The notes below the pieces were generated by a model that made no database searches, had not been told where the DNA came from, and saw only the letters and a program-made list of their open reading frames with translations. The translations under genes and the position numbers were made by a program. A stretch of 64,000 bases of DNA from Botryllus schlosseri (taxonomy: Eukaryota). The stretch lies in NCBI GenBank assembly GCA_051294905.1, contig CM119372.1, forward strand, positions 5,706,001 through 5,770,000, read 5' to 3'. Positions within the stretch are counted from its first letter, which is position 1, and the number at the start of each line of letters is the position of its first letter. Of this stretch, positions 1 to 13,300 are shown one piece after another.

Positions 1-123
1 TTTCCAGTTTTCAAATTAAAAAAAAGATATTTGGCAGTTAAATATTGTCGAATACTTACAAATCCAAAATACCGTAGCGGGCCGCACAAAATGGTCTCGA
101 GGGCCGCGTGTTTGAGACCGCTG
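1..123. mobile_element. Right end of a Charlie-type hAT MITE
   Basis: gcgggccgca...gggccgcgtgtttgagaccgctg terminus. Confidence 0.6.
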
Positions 124-349
124 GTTTATAGGAAGCCCTGATTTTCAGGTCATTACCTTCGATGGGGCTCTTCCAGCCCCAAAAGTCGTAAAATCAATTT
201 ATTCGGCACCTTGGTCCACCGGGCATGATGATTTGTTCCGAGGTAAAATTGAATAGTGAACTTGAGTACATCCGTAAAATGTTCATTGACAACGGATACC
301 CTGGGCATGTTATCAAGCGGACAATAAATAATAGGTTAAGTCATCGAAC

Positions 350-570
350 ACTAATATCCCCCAATCCCCAACCCTAATATCCCCCTCACCCTCACCCTAA
401 TCTTGGGATACCCTAACCCCAACTTTCACCCTAAACCACCTCCAGTCTCCCCTAACCCAAACATCCCCCTTTCCCCAACCCTGATATCCCCCTCCCCAAC
501 CCTAATTTCCATTAACCCTAACAGCCCCCAATCCTAATATCCCCCTCTCTCCAACCCTAATACCCCTCAC
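350..570. repeat. Degenerate CCCTAA-rich tract
   Basis: Many (A)CCCTAA(T) units spaced by C-runs. Confidence 0.8.
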
Positions 571-1017
571 AAAGGTACAAAATAATTATTTTATTTTGAC
601 GTTTATAAACTTTTTGTCGTGTTTATGGGAAACATTTGTCGGTGCTGGCTCCTCTCCGCTCGTAAAACGAAGAAGCGCCCAAAAGTCTTCTATATTGGCA
701 AACATTTACTAGAAAATCATACATCTGCCAACTATCACGAGGACATGCTCTCTATATTGGCTAAGGGTCGCAATTTATTTCATTTGTCTGTTCTTGAGTC
801 CACCATCATCACCATGAGTAAACCCAGTCCATGCCAACATAATAAATTTGTGTATCATTTGAAAATAGCGCATTAACTTGTTTTACTTCGCTGTCTCCAT
901 GCCAACGCTACAGTTCTCTCGTTTTTCTAACTTTGTATATTTTATGTGTGACGTCATAATTAGCAATATATATTGTTGTTTAACATAGTTATTCGAATTC
1001 TCGCAATATTGCTGACG

Positions 1018-1057
1018 ATATCCCCTGACGACGGTCAGCCGAAAATCTTCGGGAATT
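1018..1057 (+). ncRNA. Minimal hammerhead-ribozyme-like motif of the Penelope element
   Basis: tccc-CTGACGA-c-gg-tcag-cc-GAAA-atct-TC-ggga: core boxes, short stem II, stem I tccc/ggga. Confidence 0.5.
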
Positions 1058-1132
1058 AACATGAATATTTTATTCAAATGTGTTATGACATGTGTATAAA
1101 CGACGAATGACAATGTACCGTACATCCGACAG

Positions 1133-1399
1133 ATGACCTTTCTTTTTACGGCGATGCTGATGGTGGATGTAAAATCATCGCTCTTGACAGTGGCGACAAT
1201 GTGCTATGTCGGTCAGCATCGCACCAAAGTGTAACGTGGTGGTATGACGGAACGCCAGTGCCGGAGTATGGCTCAGGGAAACCTGTTGTACAAGCGGATG
1301 ATCGATTATACTTTTACGACTTCGTGACTGTGGATAATTCTGGTGATTACTACTGCAGGTCTCTATCAGAAGCAAAATTATTGCAAGTCTACATTGTAG
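1133..1399 (+). CDS. Gene 1 exon: Ig-like domain
   Basis: acag|AT...GTAG|gtaagt, 267 nt, phase 1-1. Translation has VLC...VTWWYDG...DNSGDYYC, the Ig C-W-(D/N)xGxYxC pattern. Confidence 0.88.
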
Positions 1400-4300
1400 G
1401 TAAGTCTATAGATAGACAATTTACTCATAGTTTCGGCATGCATTATTACATCACGCACAATTCAGCAGGTGCATCAAAAACGACTATAAAATATAATTCA
1501 TGACTATTGTAAACGTCTTGTTGTCCATAAAAACAATTATCAATTAGTTTGTGTTGGTTGATGAAATTAGTGCATTGTATTCCTAAGACCTACGCTCTTA
1601 TAAGCACCATAATTACAGTATCTTCTTGTCAAATAATATTTCTAATAATAATATCACACAGAACAGTGAGATTAATAAAATAAGAGTAGTTGCATATATG
1701 CTTAGTTGCTGACTTTGTACAGCAACTAAGCAAAGTTTAGTCCAAAGATGTATTTTTTCACCTCCATGTATTATTAGTTGGTAATTGTAGTCCAATATCG
1801 AATTTACTTACCAGTCTTATAAACGTTATTACCAATTCTGAATTAGACGATCGGCCTCACAACTACTATATCATATATGTACTGTGCAGCCCGCGGTCCC
1901 ATCTCGTAATTGATATCTGGATTGGACACCCCTTGCTTATCCTGCATCTGAAACACATGCGCACTGCGCAAGCTATATATTATCTCTGATACCATTAGCT
2001 ATAGCCCGTGCAAAACTAAAGAAGACATTGCGATACCGCATATTAACAAGCAAAATGCACTTGTATCGATTTCGTTCAGATATTGTAACAAAACCTGCGT
2101 ATCGTGAAAAAGAAAATAATGTTTATAAGAAATTTCGTACCGTTTCAGGTTTCGTGACGATAGTTTATATTGTAAGTTTTTCATGTGAATTCTGACCTTG
2201 TGTTAAATTGCGAAACGCGAACAAAAGCCGTCGGTTCGCACCATTCCAATAAGAATTGAATTGATTCTGAAACGTTAAGAAATTTCCCACGGTACATTTG
2301 TGGATTGAATAGGCGAGGTACGTTATCACTAGGGCGATTTTTTTTGACCTAAAAAATGGAAGATTTTGACCTAAAAAATCTAAATTTTTACTTTTTTTGA
2401 CCTAAAAAAAACGAAATTTGACCAAATTTTGACCTCACGTATGCAAATTCGATTTTTTTCGCACATAATGCTAAAGTTGTACTACTTATTTTCATTTCTG
2501 GTTGGAACTGTCTGTCCTTTTAAAGTAGATTGGCCTGAAAAAACGTTTTTGACTCAAAAACTGACAAATTTTTACATAAGAATAACTAGTAGTTTAACAA
2601 AATCTGGCCCTATGAAGAATTCCAGTAGTTACAGAAGTAGTATGGTGGAAATAATTCAAATTTTTTGTAGTACAACGAAATATACTCTCCTACATTCTCG
2701 GGTAGAAAGTGTCTGTCCTTACTAAGTAGCTAGTCAGGAATGGAAAATGAACGTTCAACAGCAGCAGTTGTTGGCTGACAATACTGAAGTTGTGTGCACA
2801 CTGCTGGTGACACATCGTGTTGCTTCATTCTGACAAAGTTGTCTATATAACAATTTTTCAGCTTGCGCTCCTTGATATAAGAACATCAATGTCCAAGCAG
2901 TCTTGCTTCAGCTAGGATATTGCGGTACGTTGACCATAAAACCATGTCACTATTTGTTTCATTTGACCGTTTATAATTCACAATGAGCAGACGATGGTGC
3001 CGTTTATAATGGTAGGCCTATAAAGTAGGCTACAAGCTGTAAAATATCAAATGATAAGTTCACCGACAGCGCAAAATCTACGATACAAACGAAATGCAGA
3101 GGTCAAAAAATGTTTGACTTATTAAACAATTTTGACAAATTTTGACCTAACGCTACAATTTTGACCTAATTTTGACTTTTTTTGACATGTCAATAAAAAT
3201 CGCCCTAGTTATCACCATGCTTCTTTTATTCACAGATGTTTCCGTGATTACCCCAGCTGCATTCTGCGCTAGTGATGCCCTTTCAACAATTACTACTTCC
3301 GGCGGCTCTATTGATTCCACTACGGGTATTTATATATTTATATATATCGCAATTTGTTCAATAGACCTATTATATGTGTCTGTATATGCATCGAAGTGTA
3401 ATCCAAGTCAGATGATCAGGTATACGAGTATGTATATATGCAACAGTGACAAAATGCGTGCTACACATTTCGCAAATAGTTAAGTAGCGATGACACAGAG
3501 ACGGAAAAGAATGGAAAAACTAGTAAAATCTTTTACCTGCAGCTCGGTTACGGTGGCCTTTTCTCACAAGTGTAATTTAAACAAATGTAAATAGCCTATA
3601 TATTTCCCAGCGGACATATCAGCAATAGCAATACCAATGGTTACATATCCCAAAACCCCACCGATGAGCGATCATGATAGTCGTTATATGAGAATGGAAA
3701 AGCTCCTTTTTATTCATCTTAAGTTTCAGGATCCCTCCCAATACAACTGGTGGCTGAGAATATATAATCCCAGGGTTTGAATACAGCCTACTTCATAGGC
3801 CATGTGACATTTAATTATTACGGCAATGATTTAAAGACTATAGTACCATAGTGTCCTATATATGGTGTGGACACAGCGAGAGTGAACGGCTATCTGCATT
3901 TGGGTTACGTCATACTTTCCATTTGACCAATTGCAACTTTACGGCCATTTTCGACCGGCTTGCCGAGCGCCAAATTCAATAAAACGGGTATCAATGAAAA
4001 GCTGCTGCTATACTGATTACGAAAATATAAATTTTATTCTGTTCATGGTCCTGGAACCCCCAAAATTGGCCTAGAAATTTGCATTGTGATCTAGTTTTGG
4101 CATTTTGATGCAAAAATTCTGTCTGGCAAATCGAGAATGAAGCTGAGAAGAAAGAGCCAGTCGTCACAATGACAAAACTCGATAACAATGCAAATTCTAG
4201 GCTGCTTTTTTTTTGGGGGGGGGGGGGGTTCCAGGACCATGAACAGAATAAAATTTATATTTTCGCAATCAGTATAGCAGCAGCCTTTTATTGATACCGG

Positions 4301-7300
4301 TTTCATTGAATTTGGCGGTCGGCATGTCGGTCAAAAATGGCCGTAAAGTTGCCTTTGGTAAAATGGAAAGTATGACGTAATCCAAATGCAGCGAGCCGTT
4401 CACTCTCGCTGTGTCGACACCATATAGGACACTATGCTAGTACAGCAAAGCCAGAAAGATTAGATTTATATAGAGGATACAATTATAAATCCCCGGTTTA
4501 CAAATATCGTTGTCGCAATCTTAATTAGAATGCGTATTTACTGACGCTTCCCCCGTTACACCAATAAACCAATTTGGTCATTCCGATGTCATTTCTGTAA
4601 ACGCTATTGTTTGATATGAATACGAGGCCAATAGTTTTGAGCACACACTCGACTTGGTTATTTACATAATAATGTATATAGCCTACAGAAGATCGATTAT
4701 TTTTCAAGAAACTTTAAGGTAACGTCCGGTGTTTCACTGAACTCCGTTGATAGGATTTCGATGTCATATATGTAGACGGTATTGTTTGATACAGATATAT
4801 CGAGCTTTCTCAAGCAACTCGTATATTTACTTTGAAGTCTTGATTGGTCTCGTATTCATATCTCAGCACAGCCTTGTCAAAGATATTGGAGATATCGTAT
4901 ATTTCGTTTCCATGGACACCATGAAAGTTGTGAAGCTCGATACAAAAAGCTATTAAGCATCAAGTACTCAGCGATACAATAAGGGTTGTATATAAAACAA
5001 AATTCATCTCAAAACAAACATGTGTAAACATGGACCTTGTTTAAAACATTCATTTTATAGTTTTGTATCTCTATTTTTCACCATTACGCCACGAATATGC
5101 AATTATGACATCAAAACGGATTGTCATTTTTCTATGGCTCCTTAGGAATTAAAAATAAAAATACAAGGAATAGTCAGACAAATTTGACTATAATATCAAA
5201 CCGATTTTGTAATAGGACTTTAGCTGGGGTGGGCACATCATTAATGATGAAACCATGTTGTGGCACAGTATAATCAATACACTCGACCTGGGAATGCAAA
5301 AGTACATAATACCTACAGAAGATCGATTATTTTTCAAGAAATACGGCGATTATTACATCCGTTAAACCCCGGCTCGGCAATCATTTATTGATCTGCGGAG
5401 TTGTTTCCAAATGAATTTTCATGGCGGACCGGTCTTCAAGAAACAATATCAGTTGACATTGAAAAGTGATTGCAGGTCATAGGCTTATGATGTAACTAAA
5501 AGGTGTACAGTAAGGCAATAACATACATGTTTTGATTAAAGGGAGTAACTGGATTTCTTGTAAATTTTCAACACTAACCTTGACTGTTATGAAAGACTAT
5601 ATGAACTTTTCGCTGACCAGTATGGAAATCAGAATGGAACCATATTTTGAGAACAATTGGTGGTGTAATGTAAAGTAAATTTACCAGATTTAATGTGTTC
5701 ACCCCTTGCGAACTGGGTTGAGTCCACATCGTTGTTTAGTTATGATTTAATGAGTGTTTCACCATTTTCGCCCTCTATCTGCACATTAGTGCAATCGCCC
5801 TGTGGTATTTTCAGACCCTATCTCTCCAAACCGTTCAGAGGGGCATATGGCTCACTTTGAGTAGTATCGGATTAGACTTTGACGTCTACTCTATAATTGA
5901 TGGAAAAGGGTCCAATTTTATGCATTTTTGAAATGAGATATTAATTTCCGAAATATTTGGTGGACCGGCAGTAAAGTAGCGACGGACCACCGGTTGAGAA
6001 AAACTGACTTAAATTAAAAGCGGTAGAAGAGACAGACCGCTCGGAATTACCGACGAATGATATTTCCACGTCGAAACTGGATGTTGGGGCGGCGGCTCGA
6101 AAGCTCGTGTACAATATAAATTATGATTAGAAAGTAGAATAATATGTACTATGTTGAGAGCTACCAGGTTGTTATCTGATTTCAACCTATATCTATTAAT
6201 GAGAATGTCTCAGCAGTGCTGATGGTGTGAACCTCCGAAAGGTTCAGGTTCGTATGAACGCGAACCTTTTTGAAAGGTTCTGTGTGAACGCGAACGTGAA
6301 CCTCATGACGTCACGTGACGTTATATTGATAATTTCAACCCTATATTTCGATGAAGTGACAGCCTATATTACTGTACTTGTACACGATACCTAGCGACGA
6401 ATCGCGTCCCATCAATTTCACCATGCTGAAGTACATATTGACGATTTAAACGTCGCTAAATATATCAACTGAGACAATCAAATGATCCCATAAAATCAAT
6501 ATCTTCCGTCGCGTTGCCTACAATTGCGACGAGGACTTGCAAGGGAATATAAGCTTACGCCTTAACTGTCTAGTCCAGACCGGACAGTGTATTCGGCGTC
6601 TGGGTATTGAGCAGAGTGCAAAACGAGTTACTATATTTGCTACCGATAATGCCCCATTACTATACTTGCTACCGATATCACCCCATTAACAAGTTATACA
6701 GGTGTAGCCAACACCGCGAACGCACGGATTTGGCTTTTATGATAAGTAAACATAAATGATGTCATCGCCTGCTAGATTTTTACATCAGAAAACGATATCA
6801 ATCTCATTGATTGGTTGGATAACCATCATTCGTTGACTACATGTAGTCATTGTAGTGTATTTCGCTCTTGGTGTTGTGTGATTGCGGGTCAAGCTCACAG
6901 CAGAGAGTCACTAATAGATATTCACAAACGGAAAGCTGGATATTTCGAGCAAACTTTTGAGATTATCAAGGTGCATGCTCGTTTAGTGTTGATTGTTTAT
7001 GCTTTCAGCACCATGCATATAAAGTGCCCCGCAGTTGACGTTTCTTGTTTACCATTGTTCTGGATAATTACGAGGGATAAATACTAGTTTTCTACTTTAA
7101 CTCTAACTTCCTAATTGCTCAATAGTTACGCATCCACTCAGAAGCTTGTGTTACCCACGTAATTCATTGCTTTCAATTTATAAATTATTAGAAATTAATA
7201 CACCGCAGAATACAGTGCAAACTGTTGCATTAGCTCGCCAACGTATTTCCTGCCTGTCATTCTCAGAAAAATAGTTGCACATCTGTGACTTAGGGGTTCC

Positions 7301-10300
7301 CAAGTCATTAAAGGTTAAGAACCGTGATTTCATTCTCCTAGTCAACACATTAATTTTTATTTTATCGGGAATATCAGACATTGAATCGATATTTCAAAAA
7401 ACGGGGTTTCGAGTTTGAAATGGTGGAGGTTCTGACCCCAAAAAGGCACCCGCTGGCTATACGCCACTGTTAGCAATGATGGCTCTGAGCAAGCATTGGC
7501 TACACAAACATCATTCAACAGAATACCGGCAATTCATTTCACCCAAAACGACGACACGTGTCTTCTAGTTGTTCGGCAACTAATAATTTCTCAAATGTGC
7601 AACTAGAACTAGAACCACTCAATTTACAAAATCCGCAACTAGAACTAGACCTAGAACTACTCAAAAACCGTTAGTTAGTTGAACATCAACTAATTAAGTG
7701 GTTAGTTTGTACAATTCTGTTGTGGAAATGACATTCCTGTAAAGTTGTGATCAATCCACGGCATTGTAGCAAAGTTGAATGGAACAGTTATGGTCGAAGA
7801 AATAACCATATATTATTTAACTTGATGCAAGATAGGCATTATATTCTTTGTGTTCCCACAACCGGTACATGTTTGACATTTTCACGTCATTTGTATAAAT
7901 AAGTGGTACTCGAATACTCATTCTGACTCGAAGCCCACTACTCGATTCAGAATCTAATAACTCCTGTAGCCTATACTCGATATTGTCCGGCCCTGACAAT
8001 GAGTAGGTATTTGATGGCAATGCTATCGGTTGTGTCCGATCTGGACTGCAAATAAGTGGTAATTGGCGGAAATTGTTATGTTCGCGTATTTACGTTGGTA
8101 TCGTTTCACCCTTATTTGTCTAGGATTAGTAATTATCGCCAATCATTATTTCCTCGTGTGTCGGGCTTTGTATTTATACCCTGTGTTCTGTTGTCTACGG
8201 GTCTTTCGTTCCACTGCACTCTGGATCGTGTCGCCTGTCTTAAAGTTATTCAGCTGTACAATATACTGATTGCATATTGCAACCTCGTCGTATGAGTTAT
8301 TGTTCAAACAAAATCAAGAAAATAACAGAAATTATCACTATTCTCACTTTCAGCCACAGATAGTGCTCAGACTGCCACAAAGACATCGAATACTTATAAT
8401 CCTTCCACAATATTCCGTAATTCTGCCGCTTCTACTGCGAGACCAACAGGTATGTTTCACTGTTAATTAGGCTTACCATATGTCCTCTTTTAAGAGGATT
8501 TGTCCTCTTTTTTGAATTTTTTGAAATTGTCCTCTTTTTTGAAAATTTAGGTCCGATTTAGAGCAAATTGCGAGTGATATGCCGTAATTTAGAACAGAAG
8601 TGACGCTCCGCAGGGTATTTCAAAAACGCTATTTTGAGCTCCGAGCGGAAAGACGATTTTTTTTGTAGTCAACCACCTAGCAACGCAGAGAGAAAAACGG
8701 TATTTTGAGCTGTGAGCGGAAAGGTGACCTTTTTTTTAGTCAGCCGGTCACAAAGTGGGAAAAATTCACCGATTTTGAGAATTCTACTCCGGTTTTGCAA
8801 GTCTCAAATTTCTGAAAAAGTGTCCTCTTTTTAGATTTCCAAAATATGGTAAGCCTACTGTTACTACACTAAGAATTTTATTCATAATTAACAGTTACCT
8901 GTATAGTTCACCGATGCATCGTTTACGAAATGCTTTGGCGTATATATGTATGGGGCAAAGCATTTCGTAAACGATGCATTTGGTGAGGGACGTCCATCCA
9001 ATAATTGTGGAAATTATTAAGATTCTCACTTTCAGCCACGGAGAGTTCTGAGACTGCCACAAACGCATCGGATACTTATGATCCTTCCACAACATTCCTT
9101 AGTTCTGCCGCTTCTACTGCGTCACCTACAGGTTTGTTCCTCATAGATCTGCGACTATAATGTGATGTAGGCTAACCTTACAGCATGATTTCGTTAAATC
9201 TGAAATTGCCCTACCTTCTTAGTGCTTAATTGCTTCACCGCCTAAATTGGCACTTTTTATTTAAAGTATACATCAATATGACTTTATAACTCAAATATGA
9301 CCTAACCAGGAAATATGACTAGATCTGACTTTATAACTTTCTTAATATACCCCATAGGGACGTCGTTTTCGCGTTAAAATTGATTTCACGATTTACTGAT
9401 GCATAGAAAAAATATGATTTTAATGACTTTAAATGGCCCTACTTATGATCCTTCCACAACATTCCGTAGTTCTGCCGCTTCTACTGAGACACCCACAGGT
9501 ATGTTCTACTACGACTACGCTATAATTTTATTCATAATTGCTAATTACATATCTAGTTCACCGATAGGTCTTTAACGAAATGTTTTACAACACCCCATAG
9601 ATATATACGCCACTATTTGGTGAGGGGTCTTTATCCAATAAATGGCGGAAATTATTACTATTCTCACTTTCAGCCACAGACAGTGCCGTGACTGCCACAA
9701 AGACATCGAATACTTATAATCCTTCGACAATATTCCGTAATTCTGCCGCTTCTACTGCGAGACCAACAGGTATGTTTCACTGTTACTAGACTAAGAATTT
9801 TATTCATAATCAGCAGTTACCTGTATAGTTCACCGATGCATCGTTTACGAAATGCTTTGCCCCATACATATATACGCCACTATTTGGCGAGGGACGTCAA
9901 TCCAATAAGTTGTGGAAATTATTACGATTCTCACTTTTAGCCACGGAGAGTTCTGAGACTGTCACAAACGCATCAGATACTTATGATCCTTCCACAACAT
10001 TCCTTAGCTCTGCCGCTTCTACTGCGACACCTACAGGTAGGCTATGTTCCACTGAGAGTACATTAAGATTTTTATAATAATTGGTAATTACTAGGGCAAT
10101 TTTTTTTTGACATGTCAAAAAAAGTCAAAATTAGGTCAAAATTGTAGCGTTAGGTCAAAATTTGTCAAAATTGTTTACAAAGTCAAACATTTTTTGACCT
10201 CTGCATTTCGTTTGTATCGTAGATTTTGTGCTGTCGGTGAACTTATCATTTGATATTTTACAGCTTGTAGCCTACTTTATAGGCCTACCGTTGTAAACGG

Positions 10301-13300
10301 ACCATCGTCTGCTCATCGTGAATCATAAATGGTCACATGAAACAAATAGTGACATGGTTTTATGGTCAACGTACCGCAATATCCTAGCTGAAGCAAGACT
10401 GCTTGGACATTGCATGGTTCTTATATCAAGAAGCGCAAGCTGAAAAATTGTGATATAGACAACATTTTCAGAATGAAGCAACACGGTTTGTCACCAGCAG
10501 TGTGCACGTGCACACAACTTGAGTGTTGTGTTGTCAGCCAACAAATTCTGCTGTTGAACGTTCTTTCTCCGTTCTTGGCAAGCTACGTAGTAAGGACAGA
10601 CACTTTCTACCCGAGAATGTAGGAAAGGATCTTTCGTTGTACTACAACAAATTTTAATTATTTCCACCAGAATACGTAATGTAACTACTGGAATTCTTCA
10701 TAGGGCCAGATTTCGTTAAAATACTAGTTTTTCATGTAAAAATCTGTCAGTTTTTGAGCCAAAAACGTTTTTTTCAGGCCAATCTACTTTGTAAGGACAG
10801 ACAGTTCCAACCAGAAATGAAGATAAGTAGTACAATTTTAACATTAAATGCGAAAACACCTAATTTGCATACGTGAGGTCAAAATTTGGTCAAATTTCAG
10901 TTTTTTTAGGTCAAAAAAGGTCAAAATTCAGATTTTTTAGGTCAAAATCTTCAGTTTTTTAGGTCAAAAAAAAAATTGCCCTAGTAATTACCGGTCTAGT
11001 TCACCATTGCATCTTTTACGAAATGTGTTGTCCCATACATATGTAGCCTACGCCACTTTTGGTGAGGGACTTCCATCCCATCAGTTGCGGAAATTAATAT
11101 TATCCTCACTTTCAGCCGCAGATAGTTCTGAGACTGCCACAAAAACATCGAATACTTATGATCCTTCCACAGCATTCCGTAGTTCTGCCGCTTCTACTGA
11201 GACACCCACAGGTATATTCTACTGCGACTACGCTACAATTTTATTCCTAATTGCTAATTACATGTCTAGTTCACCGATAGGTCTTTAACGAATTGTTTTA
11301 CAACACCCCATAAATGTATGTGCCACTATTTGGTGAGTGGTCTCCATCCAATAAATGACGGAAATTATTACTATTCTCACTTTCAGCCATAGACATGAGT
11401 GCCATGACGGCCACAAAAACATCGGATACTAATGATCCTTCCACAACATTCCTTAGTTCTGCCGCTTCTATTGTGACACCTACAGGTATGTTCCACTGAC
11501 AGTACACTAAGATTTTTTATTAATTCGTAATTACCTGTCTAGTTCACCATTGCATCTTTTACGAAATGCGTTGTCCCATACATATATAGCCTACGCCACA
11601 TTTTGGTGAGGGACGTCCGTCCCATAAGTTGCGGAAATTATTTCAATCCTCACTTCAAGCCGCAGATAGTTCTGAGACTGCCAAAAACATCAAATATACT
11701 TATATTCCATCCACAACATTCCGTAGTTCTGCCGCTATACTACGGAGACACCCAAAGGTATGTTTTACTGCGACTACGCTATATTTATAATCATAATTGC
11801 TAATTCCATGTCTAGTTCTCCGATAGGTCTTTAACGAAATGTTTTACAACACTCCATAAATATATGAGCCACTATTTGGTGAGGGGTCTCCATCCAATAA
11901 ATGGCGGAAATTATTACTATTCGCAATTTCAGCCACAGACAGTGCCGTGACTGCCACAAATATTCGAATACTTCTGGTTCTTCCACAACATTCCGTAGTT
12001 TTGCCACTTCTACTCAAGGGCTTGGCCAGAAAAAATGGGGGGGGGGGAGAGGGGGAGGGGGGTGGGGCGAAATTTTTGATGAGTCAAAGGGAGCTACAGA
12101 GCGTTTGTTTTAAGATACCGCCATCTGAGGTGGAAGCCTATGGACAAATATACCTCCCTTTTGAAATCTCCTACTTTCTCTTTAATTTGAGTCGGTTCAC
12201 TAAATTGCATGCTTTATCGCGGCGTGTATGGTGTATCGTAGTAAAAAGAAGATTAAAGATATCGCTCTCTAGAGCAGTGGTTCCCAAACTTTTTCGGTGT
12301 GAGGGCCAAATTTAGAATTTCAGAGTACGGTCGGGGCCGCACGAATTCTGCGGCTATGAAACGGACCCAAACAGTCATCATGGCTATTTCGGAGTAGTTT
12401 TAATGCCCTGGCGAGATTTCCAAACTCTACACTGTTTACGGCTATACTGATCCGTTGCATTGGGTGTCCGTTGAGTGAATCAGCTTTTTGCGCCTAAACG
12501 TGCGAAGCGCGAGAAATTTCTTTAGTTTCATGACTGAATCGGTCAATATGATCGGGAATTGCATGTATTGCTATCAATTTTCATCCAGTTTCTGTTCACA
12601 TAATCTGATTTACCGGTAGAGCTGAGTGAGGTGTGTTTGAAAAGGTACAGGCCCCCTCAATAGTAATTAAACATCTCCGGGGGTATACCCGTTGTCAGGA
12701 ACGTAACAGCACTTTTTCAGGACCCAGGGTTCCCATAGGGTGATAAACTGACCCCATCACGTTGTTCGCTTTTGCCACGAAATTAAAGTTGTACTGTTTA
12801 GCGAGACAGCGCGCGACGTGCGAATATTTCGATAATTCATGATAAAACTGGTGACTAAGATCGGGAATTGCATGGTTGTACTCTCTGCCCACGTAATCAG
12901 ATTTACCGGCAGAGCTGAGTGAGAGGTCTCTTTGAAACCCCGTTAAATTAAACATCTTCGGGCGGGCGGATCCCTAAATGACTCCTTTACATGATGTTAT
13001 TTCGTGACGTCCTCCTGTCTGCTATATCAAAAAATGTAGAATTGCTCAAACCTATTAAACTGAGAGATCACACGATTTCAGATTGGTATTTCTCCACTGG
13101 CATATAATTTTCTTTCGTGCGGGATGGTATTTGTCTTGCTAGGTTCAGATTGCCAAGACAAGAACATTTGGCGCCAGTCATTTAGGCGCGTATATGGACA
13201 ATTAACCCTATAGTATTTTGTATATTATAACAAAGTTTTTGGTCAGCATAAAAACAGTCCTTTACGGCCAAGGCTTTCTCGCTGCCGATCGTTCTGACAC

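Larger units (their letters stand above)
145..1060 (+). mobile_element. Penelope-like retroelement remnant (RT C-terminus, GIY-YIG C-terminus, 3' hammerhead-like motif)
   Basis: 145-340 translates (with a frameshift) to YLRWGSSSPKSRKINLFGTLVHRA...ELEYIRKMFIDNGYP; 690-876 to IGKHLLEN...HLSVLESTII..KP..C...FVYHLKI, homologous to the copies at 23 kb and 57.6 kb. Confidence 0.8.
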
